The notes under the pieces were generated by a model that was given only the letters and a program-made list of their open reading frames with translations, was not told the origin of the DNA and did no database searches. Positions 9,100-16,944 of a DNA stretch of 64,000 bases are shown here, piece after piece. The DNA comes from an uncultured Clostridia bacterium (lineage in GTDB: Bacteria > Bacillota > Clostridia > TANB77 > CAG-508): positions 1,358,538 to 1,422,537 of the forward strand of contig OZ007016.1 of the NCBI GenBank assembly GCA_963931445.1. Reading direction: 5' to 3'. The stretch's first letter is position 1. Each line of letters begins with the position of its first letter. The translations under genes and the position numbers were made by a program.

Positions 9100-9162
9100 T
9101 AGGTTGAATAAAAAGTGTTTTTAATATATAATATGTTCAAATGTTTTGAAAGGAGGTAAAAT

Positions 9163-9862
9163 ATGCAAGTTTCTGAAAAATGTGTAAAATTACTAAAATC
9201 TCTTAATATTTCTGCTTTAAAATCTAATGTCCTAATTGCTGATTTAAAGACAATACAATATGGTATAGTTGATGAGAAAAGTGATCCAAGTTTAGATTAT
9301 GATAATTATTGGCATAAACCATTAAGCAAAGATATGCTTAATTTGGTAGATGAATGGAAAGACAAACAATTTTCTGAAGATTTATTTTTGATTTTAAATA
9401 CTAATTTAAAACAAATTGTAAAAGATGATAATACAAAATATTCTGCACAAATGATTTTTCCATTATTTATAGACAACAAATTAGACGGATTTACTATTTT
9501 CTTTAGAACTAAACGGCGACTATATATTAAGTAGTTCTAAAGCACCTAAAACAATTAGAGATTTTATACAACAAGATTTAAACAACGAAAATAAGCCAGA
9601 AACAAAACATCTTGATTTGAATTGGTTTAATAAGAGTAATATTGATATGGTAGATGATAAAGTAGAAGAAAATATAAATGATTTACTAGATATAGAAGAA
9701 TACATTATACTTAATCATAAATTACAGAAATTAACTGTAGAGCTTATATCTAATTTAGATTTAGCACAAACACATAAATTTCGTGAATATCAGCAAGTAG
9801 AATTAGAACTTTCTTCTTATCAAAATAGTTTAGCATACTATATTGCTTTAAATAAAAAATAG
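9163..9862 (+). pseudogene. Hypothetical protein, apparently frameshifted at an A-run
   Basis: ORFs 9163-9534 and 9617-9862. The second frame is open from 9485. Removing one A at 9511-9513 gives a continuous ...IFFRTNGDYILSSSKAPKTIRDF... protein of about 230 aa. Confidence 0.4.
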
Positions 9863-9939
9863 TCTATTATATAAATTTATTATATAATAAACTATGCTTG
9901 GTTTTATAATATAAGGTAAGTTGATATTTTCATATTAAC

Positions 9940-10284
9940 TTATCTTTTATTATCATATTTTTCTAAAAATTCTTTTACAGCACAATTTAATAATCTTGTT
10001 ACAGAAATACCAGTTTTTTTATGAAGTTTTTGTAAGTTATTTAAATTTTCTTTTCTAATCATAATACTTCTATATGTAACCGTTTCATTTTCTGGCTTTT
10101 CATAAAAGGAAGGCTTATTTTCATATACATATTCTTCTATGCACACATTCATAACTTCACTAAATGTTGCGTCATAGTTCTTTTTAGTAAATCTCATTAG
10201 TCTTTTGTATAAACTATCATCAATGTTAATTGATTTCTTAACAGTTTTATTGTTGATAGAATATAATCTGTCTACTGCACTCAT
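9940..10284 (-). CDS. Tandem ribbon-helix-helix protein, paralogue B
   Basis: Start at the internal ATG after GGAGGTGG. MSAVDRLYSINNKTVKKSINIDDSLYKRL...YRSIMIRKENLNNLQKLHKKTGISVTRLLNCAVKEFL. Confidence 0.55.
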   Translation of the reverse strand: MSAVDRLYSINNKTVKKSINIDDSLYKRLMRFTKKNYDATFSEVMNVCIEEYVYENKPSFYEKPENETVTYRSIMIRKENLNNLQKLHKKTGISVTRLLNCAVKEFLEKYDNKR

Positions 10285-10447
10285 ATATCCACCTCCTATT
10301 ACTCGTTTTACAACCATTTGAATTATATAAAATTTTATTTTTAAATAATACTTGTTGCTATTCCTTATGAACGAGCATAAACAGGTTTATACTTAGTGCG
10401 TATTTGCATAAAATAAGAGAGTATAGCCACTCTCTTTATACAAATTG

Positions 10448-11419
10448 TTATTTTTTCTTTTTTAGTTTTTTTATTATTTCATTAGATAATTCTTCACTTG
10501 GTGTTACTTTTACAGTTAGTCCATCTTTTGTTTTTATTACATTTGAGCTTAACCTTGCTCTACTGTTGTAAACATTTTCTTGGTTTTTACAACTAAATGT
10601 ATCATATAGTGACTTTGGGTTATTTGCAATAAATGCTTTTCCACAATGCTTACACAGTTTTAAATATTTCTTTTCTTGTATTGCATATAATTTAAAGTTT
10701 TCATCTATGTATTCTTTTAAACTCCTAATATGTATTGTTAGTCCGTCATATTCTAAATTAACTCTTATATGATTTGATTCTAATTTATTTATTTCTCTTG
10801 TATTGATATATTCTCCATTATCTTTTTTCAATTCTGTTAAAGTATTATACATAAATTGAGCATATTTTATTATCATATCTGCTTGTTCGTAATATTTTTC
10901 ATTTTCAAATAACACATTATTTATTTCTGGAGAAATAAATTTTTCCATACTATGTTCATATATATTTTTGTTTATTTTCTCCAGTAATTCTTTTATTTCT
11001 TCATCAGTAGAAGTAGGAAAGAATATTTTAAAATAATCAACTATTTTCATTATGCTAAAGCAATCACTATTATTGATATAATTAAATTCTTTTAATAGTA
11101 TTTCCTTGTCTAATGTATAATATCTATTTACTGGAAAATCGTGTATAAGTCCTAAAAGTCCATATTGGTTTACATATTCAAGCAATAATTTGTCAGTATT
11201 CTCTTTTTGTTCTATAGATAATTTTCCTAAATTGATAAAATCTATTAACGGTTTATCATTTTCTTTATAATCATCAAAATCAATTAAGGAATAGTTTGTT
11301 CTATGTATTTCCAAAATTTTAGGAACAACATATTTGATGTTATTTATTACCGTTATTTCATATTCTTCAAATTTTGGCATTGACTCATTGTTAAAGCCAT
11401 ATTCTAAATTCATTTTCAT
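10448..11419 (-). CDS. Hypothetical 323-aa protein with C-terminal Cys-rich motif
   Basis: CKHCGKAFIANNPKSLYDTFSCKNQ near the C-terminus, and a basic tail. No family recognised. Hairpin AAGAGAGTGGCTATACTCTCTT lies downstream. Confidence 0.45.
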   Translation of the reverse strand: MKMNLEYGFNNESMPKFEEYEITVINNIKYVVPKILEIHRTNYSLIDFDDYKENDKPLIDFINLGKLSIEQKENTDKLLLEYVNQYGLLGLIHDFPVNRYYTLDKEILLKEFNYINNSDCFSIMKIVDYFKIFFPTSTDEEIKELLEKINKNIYEHSMEKFISPEINNVLFENEKYYEQADMIIKYAQFMYNTLTELKKDNGEYINTREINKLESNHIRVNLEYDGLTIHIRSLKEYIDENFKLYAIQEKKYLKLCKHCGKAFIANNPKSLYDTFSCKNQENVYNSRARLSSNVIKTKDGLTVKVTPSEELSNEIIKKLKKKK

Positions 11420-11466
11420 AACATTCTCCTATTCATAAAAATTTTTTAAAAATATATTGTAATCTA

Positions 11467-11495
11467 TTGACATTTAAAAAGTATTACTTTATAAT
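11467..11495 (+). promoter_or_regulatory. Consensus sigmaA promoter (TTGACA-17-TATAAT) directed at the HTH gene
   Basis: TTGACA 11467-11472, 17-nt spacer, TATAAT 11490-11495. Flanked by direct repeats TGTAATCTATT, one just before the -35 and one about 10 nt after the -10. Confidence 0.55.
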
Positions 11496-11693
11496 AGAAA
11501 TGTAATCTATTTCATAGCGTAAAGTATTAGTATTGATTTTATGTTAATTTTAATACTTTCTTTATAACAATATATTACAATAAATATTTATAATTGTCAA
11601 ATGATGTATATAAATTACGAGTTGTACTTTATATATATAGTATTTTTATATCTAAAAAAGTGCAAGTAAAAAATATAAGTAAAGGAGGACAAA

Positions 11694-12161
11694 ATGGATA
11701 AAAAAGAAAAAATTTTACAAATGTATTTTGAAGAACACCAGAAACAAGACATTATTGCTGAAACTGTTGGGGTTTCTCAAAGTTATATTTCTCAAGTAGT
11801 TCAAAAAGATACAAGATATACTAACGAAAAAGAGATAAGACATAATGAATCAATGCAGAAAAAGGCTGAATATAATAAAGAGTATAATAAAACTTATATT
11901 AGAAAAAGGAAAAATAATTTAATAGAAGAATATTATGCTTTACTTGAATTGTTAAAAAGAGATAGCGAGTTTCTATCAACAAAATCTGAAATGTCAGACA
12001 TTGCATTTGCTAAATGGAATAGATCAATATATCAATATGATAAAAATTCTAGCAATTTAGTTTTAAGAAAAGGAATAAATGTTACAAAAGATGTACCAAG
12101 AGTAGTAAAAAATATTGTGAGAGCAAGTAGTATAAAAAGTTCAAATGTATATTCAAGATAA
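11694..12161 (+). CDS. Small HTH DNA-binding protein
   Basis: QDIIAETVGVSQSYISQVVQKD helix-turn-helix. AAAGGAGG RBS. Terminator TCACTTTG..CAAAGTGA plus a T-run at 12163-12190. Confidence 0.5.
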   Translation: MDKKEKILQMYFEEHQKQDIIAETVGVSQSYISQVVQKDTRYTNEKEIRHNESMQKKAEYNKEYNKTYIRKRKNNLIEEYYALLELLKRDSEFLSTKSEMSDIAFAKWNRSIYQYDKNSSNLVLRKGINVTKDVPRVVKNIVRASSIKSSNVYSR

Positions 12162-12240
12162 TCACTTTGTTAAGTCAAAGTGAATTTTTTATTTTAGTAA
12201 TATTTTTAGAACTTTAATAATAGTATTGAAAAGGAAGTAG

Positions 12241-12417
12241 GTGAGAATTTTGAAAAAGGCTTTAAATATTACATTTTATAATCCTAATACAGAAGAACAA
12301 ATAGTACAAGCTATGGCTGGAGTATTGGCATATAACTTGGCAGAGAATGATGAAAAGATAAAGTTTGATTATAATTTTCAAAATTCTCACTGTATAGAAG
12401 ATGAAATTGAGATATAA
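12241..12417 (+). CDS. Possible 58-aa small ORF (below the ORF-track cut-off)
   Basis: GTG/TTG start after AAGGAAG. VRILKKALNITFYNPNTEEQIVQAMAGVLAYNLAENDEKIKFDYNFQNSHCIEDEIEI. Its first 16 nt are the perfect reverse complement of nt 12373-12388 within the same ORF. Confidence 0.3.
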   Translation: MRILKKALNITFYNPNTEEQIVQAMAGVLAYNLAENDEKIKFDYNFQNSHCIEDEIEI

Positions 12418-12537
12418 AATTTAATAATCTTAATTGAATAAAATAATCATATATGTTAAAATCGAAACAGATAATATTTTCCTTATATATAGATAAATAT
12501 GATAAAATGTAGTATAATAGAAAGAGAGGTTGATTTT

Positions 12538-12978
12538 ATGCTAAAATTGTATTTAGATACTTGTTGTTATAATAGACCATTTGATGATTTAGAACAAGAA
12601 AAGATAAATCTAGAGGCAAATGCAATAGAGAATATATTTAGAAAGCATATAAATAAAGAAGTAGAAATTTATAAAAGTATGGTAATAGATTTTGAAATAT
12701 CCAAAATTAAATTAGATAATAAAAGACGACAAGTAGAAGATTTATATGACGCAATGGAATTATCACAAATTACTTATACACCAGAGATTAAACAAAGAGC
12801 ATTAGAATTAAAGCAATTTAATATAAAAGATATGGATGCATTACATTTATCTTTTGCAGAAAGTACAGATATAGATTATTTTATTACAACTGATAGGTTG
12901 TTAATAAATGCTTCAAAAAGAGCAAATTTAAGGATTAAAGTTATAAATCCAATAGAATTTATTATGGAGGTGATTTAA
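12538..12978 (+). CDS. PIN-domain protein (putative toxin nuclease)
   Basis: MLKLYLDTCCYNRPFDD (first acidic residue), DALHLSFAE and YFITTDRLL motifs. AGAGAGG RBS before ATG 12538. The track ORF start at 12499 was rejected. Confidence 0.55.
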   Translation: MLKLYLDTCCYNRPFDDLEQEKINLEANAIENIFRKHINKEVEIYKSMVIDFEISKIKLDNKRRQVEDLYDAMELSQITYTPEIKQRALELKQFNIKDMDALHLSFAESTDIDYFITTDRLLINASKRANLRIKVINPIEFIMEVI

Positions 12979-13179
12979 ATGGCTGTAACAGTAAGAGAGT
13001 TAGAAAGAATAAGACGAGAAGGTCTTAAAGCTTTAAAAGATAAATTAGGTGTTGAAGGTATGATAAAATTCATACAAATGTATAGTGATGGAAAAGGAGA
13101 TTATACAAAGGAAAAATATGAAAATAATGAAGAATTAACAATAGAAGATTTTGAAAAATATTTAGCTGAAAACAACTAA
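12979..13179 (+). CDS. Small acidic protein translationally coupled to the PIN gene (possible antitoxin)
   Basis: The ATG immediately follows the PIN stop (TAAATG). 66 aa. No recognised family. Confidence 0.4.
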   Translation: MAVTVRELERIRREGLKALKDKLGVEGMIKFIQMYSDGKGDYTKEKYENNEELTIEDFEKYLAENN

Positions 13180-13315
13180 TCAAATACAAATTAAAACTAT
13201 TCTCAAAAAGAGAGTAGTTTTTTATTGCTTTTTTATAACTTATGTGCTAGAATGTAACAGAACGAATATAAAGTTACTGACATAAACAATGTATAAGAAA
13301 GTGAGAATTTGAGTT

Positions 13316-14914
13316 ATGAAAATTGCAGCATATTGTAGAGTTTCAACAGAAAAAGAAGCACAAATAGACTCTCTTGAAAAGCAAATAGAGTTCTTTAATG
13401 AATTTACCCAAAAGAACGGTTATGAGTTGTACAAGCTATATGCAGATGAAGGAATTTCTGGAAAGCAAATAAAAAATAGAAAGCAATTCCAACAAATGAT
13501 GAAAGACGCAAAGGCAAAGAAATTTGAAAGAGTAGTTGTTAAAGATGTCAGCCGTTTTGCTAGAAATACAGTAGATTTATTACAAAGTATAAGAGAGCTA
13601 AAATCCTATGGAATACAAGTAGATTTCTTAAATAATGGCGAAGTTATGGAAGGTGGTTCTGAATTTATACTAACTATTTTAGGTGCAATGGCACAACAAG
13701 AAAGTGCCAATATGTCTAAAAGGGTTAAATTTGGAAAAGACATTACAGCTAAAAAAGGTCGAGTACCTAATTTGGTATTTGGTTATGACAAAATACCAGG
13801 AGAAAAATATACTTTAAGAATAAATGAAGAAGAATCCAAAATTGTAAAAGAAATATTTGAAAGCTATGTATATAAAGGAATGGGAACAACAAAGATTGCT
13901 TGGGAATTAAATGATAAAGGAATAAGAACAAAGAAAACAAAGTCAAAATGGGTACAAACTTCTATTGTAAGAATGCTAAAGAATCCAATATATACAGGTA
14001 GAGTAACAAATAAGAAATCAGAAATTACTGACTTTATAACAGGAACAAGAAAAAATTTACCAGAAGAAGATTGGATTGTTGACTACAAACCAGAAATGAG
14101 AATTATATCAGATGAATTATTTAATAGAACACAAGAAATTTTAGAACAGAGGTCAAATGAATTTAAACTAAACAATAAAAGAGAAAAAACAGAATATGTA
14201 TTTAGTACACTAATATATTGTAAACATTGTGGTTATTCCTTTAGAAGAATAAGAAGAAAATACACAGAAGATGGCAAAGAATATATAAGATGGGTATGTA
14301 GTGGAAGAAACTCAATGGGTGTAAATCATTGCCCTAACACAACTGTAATTGATGAAGAGGAACTTTTAAATGCCATTAAAGAATATCTTAAAAGTATAAT
14401 TTCTAATAAAAAGAATTTTATGAAAGCTGTTGAAAAAGAATTTGAAAAAATAACAGCTTTAAGAGAAAACAATGAAAGAAGTGAAAAAAGTTTACTCAAA
14501 GAAATAGAAAAAGTAACAGTTAAGAAACAAAAATATATGGAGATGTTCCAAAATGAAGTAATCAATATGCAAGAGCTAAAACAATATACAAATCCATTAA
14601 ATGAAGATATAGCAAGATTAGAAAGAGAATTAAAGCTAATTACTTCTGAAATAAAAGAAAAAGATGTATTAGAAAAAGAACTAACAAAAACAATAAAAAC
14701 AGTAGATGACATTTTAAACAATGAAACAATTACAAATGCAATGCTTAAAACAATAATAGATGTGATTGAAGTAGATGATGATTCAAATGTAGAAGTAAGA
14801 CTAAAATTATTAAATGAAATTGGAAGTAGCCCTATGGTAATTACGAATTTTGATGATATAAGAAATCAATATTCTACCGTTACGAAAAGTAACAACAGTA
14901 CACAAAGATGTTAG
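13316..14914 (+). CDS. Large serine recombinase (TnpX/SpoIVCA class)
   Basis: N-terminal resolvase domain MKIAAYCRVSTEKEAQ...ERVVVKDVSRFARN (catalytic Ser in RVST), a recombinase domain, a zinc ribbon CKHCGYSF...WVCSGRNSMGVNHCPN and a coiled coil. The last 3 sense codons and the stop lie beyond the attR crossover. Confidence 0.9.
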   Translation: MKIAAYCRVSTEKEAQIDSLEKQIEFFNEFTQKNGYELYKLYADEGISGKQIKNRKQFQQMMKDAKAKKFERVVVKDVSRFARNTVDLLQSIRELKSYGIQVDFLNNGEVMEGGSEFILTILGAMAQQESANMSKRVKFGKDITAKKGRVPNLVFGYDKIPGEKYTLRINEEESKIVKEIFESYVYKGMGTTKIAWELNDKGIRTKKTKSKWVQTSIVRMLKNPIYTGRVTNKKSEITDFITGTRKNLPEEDWIVDYKPEMRIISDELFNRTQEILEQRSNEFKLNNKREKTEYVFSTLIYCKHCGYSFRRIRRKYTEDGKEYIRWVCSGRNSMGVNHCPNTTVIDEEELLNAIKEYLKSIISNKKNFMKAVEKEFEKITALRENNERSEKSLLKEIEKVTVKKQKYMEMFQNEVINMQELKQYTNPLNEDIARLERELKLITSEIKEKDVLEKELTKTIKTVDDILNNETITNAMLKTIIDVIEVDDDSNVEVRLKLLNEIGSSPMVITNFDDIRNQYSTVTKSNNSTQRC

Positions 14915-15041
14915 TGAAAGATTATTGAAAATAAGCCCTTATCTAGCACAAGAAGTTAGAACTATTTTAAATGAAAATAAAGCAGAAAGGCATATTAGAG
15001 GAGGAATGGCAACTCGCTTAAAATATAGTAAGAAAATGTAA
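14901..15041 (+). pseudogene. spoIIID: spoIIID, 3' segment of the split gene (45 codons plus stop)
   Basis: Frame gives (VH)KDVSERLLKISPYLAQEVRTILNENKAERHIRGGMATRLKYSKKM*, colinear with the SpoIIID C-terminal half (HKDLTERL...KLKYKK). It has no start codon or RBS of its own. Confidence 0.85.
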
Positions 15042-15062
15042 ATAAATATTAGGAGGATTATT

Positions 15063-15275
15063 ATGAATAATAAACTATATAATGTATTAAAATGGATAAC
15101 ACTAATTTTACTACCTGCAGTAGGAACTTTATACTTTGCTTTATCTGTAATTTGGAATTTTCCTTATGATGATCACATTATTGGTACTCTTGCAGCTATT
15201 GATACTTTTTTAGGTTCATTATTAATGATTAAAAGTACAAATATAAATAAAGAAGCTAAAAAGGACGATGATTAA
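15063..15275 (+). CDS. Phage-holin-like small membrane protein (two TM segments)
   Basis: YNVLKWITLILLPAVGTLYFALSVIWNFPYDDHIIGTLAAIDTFLGSLL resembles a small Firmicute phage holin family. GGAGG RBS. Confidence 0.4.
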   Translation: MNNKLYNVLKWITLILLPAVGTLYFALSVIWNFPYDDHIIGTLAAIDTFLGSLLMIKSTNINKEAKKDDD

Positions 15276-15288
15276 TCGTCCTTTTTTT
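15258..15288. terminator. Bidirectional terminator between the holin-like gene and fabI
   Basis: AAAA-AGGACGAT-gatta-ATCGTCCT-TTTTTT. Confidence 0.6.
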
Positions 15289-16057
15289 AAATTCCCATTA
15301 TATTATATCCGTTATCTGCATATATTACTTGACCTGTAATTGCTGAAGCCATTTGGCTAAATAAAAATGACACTACATTTCCTACTTCTTCTGTTGTAAC
15401 ATTTCTTCTTAATGGTGCTTTTTCTTCTACTACATCCAATATACTTCCAAAATCTTTAATTCCTTTTGCAGATAATGTTTTTATTGGTCCTGCTGAAACT
15501 GCATTAACTCTAACATTTTTCTTTCCTAAATTAGCCGCTAAATATCTTACACTTGTTTCTAACGCTGCTTTAGCAACTCCCATTACATTGTATCCTGGAA
15601 GTACTTTTGTAGAACCATAATATGTTAATGAAACTAAACTTGCACCATCATTTAACATATCCAATTCATCTGCTATTCTAGCTACAGCTACAAAAGAATA
15701 TGCACTTACATCATTTGCATGAGAAAATCCTTCTCTACTTGTTGTTATAAAATCATTTCTTAAATCTTCTGTATTAGCATGAGCTATGCTATGTAATATT
15801 CCATCTAATTTTCCATTTTCTTTTTTTATTTTTTCAAAGCATTCTTTTATCGAATCATCACTTGAAGCATCACATGTATATGCTTTAGCATTTGGAATCT
15901 CTGAAATTAATTCTTCTACTTTTTCTCTATTATCCTCTCCCATAAATGTAAATAACACTCTAGCACCATTATCAGCAGCTGATCTTGCAGCCCCCCATGC
16001 TATACTCCATTTATTTCTAATTCCCATGACTAATACTGTTTTATTTTCTAATAACAT
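15287..16057 (-). CDS. fabI: Enoyl-ACP reductase FabI
   Basis: GIRNKWSIAWGAARSAADNGARVLFTF and YYGSTKVLPGYNVMGVAKAALE (Y-x6-K) motifs. Confidence 0.85.
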   Translation of the reverse strand: MLLENKTVLVMGIRNKWSIAWGAARSAADNGARVLFTFMGEDNREKVEELISEIPNAKAYTCDASSDDSIKECFEKIKKENGKLDGILHSIAHANTEDLRNDFITTSREGFSHANDVSAYSFVAVARIADELDMLNDGASLVSLTYYGSTKVLPGYNVMGVAKAALETSVRYLAANLGKKNVRVNAVSAGPIKTLSAKGIKDFGSILDVVEEKAPLRRNVTTEEVGNVVSFLFSQMASAITGQVIYADNGYNIMGI

Positions 16058-16118
16058 TTTCTATCCTCCTATTTATTTTAATTTTTTAGATAAATTAACT
16101 ATTGTAATCTTAGAATAA

Positions 16119-16907
16119 CTACATATCTCTAAATTTTCTATATCTTTTTTCTAACAATTCTTCTACATCTAATTTCTGTAGTTCTTTTGTGTATTCTACT
16201 ATTTTGTTTTTTATTATTCTTGACATTTTTTCTACATCAAATTTTGCATTTCCTTTTGGTTCTTTTAAAACTTCATCTATAACTCCTAGTTCTAATAAAT
16301 CATTTGCTGTTAGTTTCATTTTTTCTGCTGCTTGTTCTGATTTTGTACTATCTTTCCATAATATACTTGCATATCCTTCTGGAGATAGTATAGAATATAC
16401 TGCATTTTCAAGCATTAATATTCTATCTCCTACCCCTATTGCTAAAGCTCCTCCACTTGAACCTTCTCCTATTACAAATACTATAATTGGTACTTTTAAT
16501 CCAGACATTACCATTAAATTTCTTGCAATTGCTTCTCCTTGACCTCTTTCTTCTGCTCCCAGCCCTGGGTATGCTCCTTTAGTATCTATAAATGTTATAA
16601 TCGGTCTTTTAAACTTTTCCGCTTGTTTCATAAATCTTAAACTTTTTCTATAAGCTTCTGGATTAGGCATTCCAAAATTTCTTTCAATATTCTCTTTTGT
16701 TGTTCTTCCTTTTTGTTCTCCTATTATTGTATAATTCTGATTTCCTATATTTCCTACCCCGCAGACTATGGATTTATCATCTTTAAAAAATCTATCCCCA
16801 TGAAGTTCTATAAAATCATCAAATATATTATTTATATAGTCTAGTGCAGTTGGTCTATCTGGTTCTCTTGCAATTTTAACTCTTTGCCATGCAGAAATTT
16901 TAGACAT
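16119..16907 (-). CDS. accA: Acetyl-CoA carboxylase carboxyltransferase alpha subunit
   Basis: [26 protein letters not shown] motif. Confidence 0.85.
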   Translation of the reverse strand: MSKISAWQRVKIAREPDRPTALDYINNIFDDFIELHGDRFFKDDKSIVCGVGNIGNQNYTIIGEQKGRTTKENIERNFGMPNPEAYRKSLRFMKQAEKFKRPIITFIDTKGAYPGLGAEERGQGEAIARNLMVMSGLKVPIIVFVIGEGSSGGALAIGVGDRILMLENAVYSILSPEGYASILWKDSTKSEQAAEKMKLTANDLLELGVIDEVLKEPKGNAKFDVEKMSRIIKNKIVEYTKELQKLDVEELLEKRYRKFRDM

Positions 16908-16944
16908 TTTATAATTTCCTCCCTTAATAATGAATTTATGAAGT

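Larger units (their letters stand above)
3358..14904 (+). mobile_element. Integrated mobilisable element (Tn4451-like backbone) interrupting spoIIID, about 11.5 kb
   Basis: Bounded by the two spoIIID segments. CACA is shared at both junctions (3354-3357 and 14901-14904), so the crossover cannot be placed more precisely. Carries TnpV, a Mob/Pre relaxase and a terminal large serine recombinase. Confidence 0.85.

Noticed and set aside
13200-13315. Sporulation-specific (sigmaE/sigmaK) promoter upstream of the recombinase gene.
   Set aside because: Only a weak CATAAACA-like element was found, plus an extended -10-like TGCTAGAAT that would fit sigmaA. No convincing match with correct spacing is present, so timing of expression cannot be inferred from sequence.
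3361-14900. Short shared motif AAGTAACA near both element ends (3361-3369 and about 14887-14894) as subterminal recombinase binding repeats.
   Set aside because: It is an 8-9-nt match in direct orientation in AT-rich DNA. This is plausible but not distinguishable from chance without related elements.
15063-15275. The holin-like gene as a sign of a prophage, or as part of the spoIIID element.
   Set aside because: It lies outside the element, beyond the spoIIID 3' segment. No lysin, tail or capsid genes are nearby, since fabI follows immediately.
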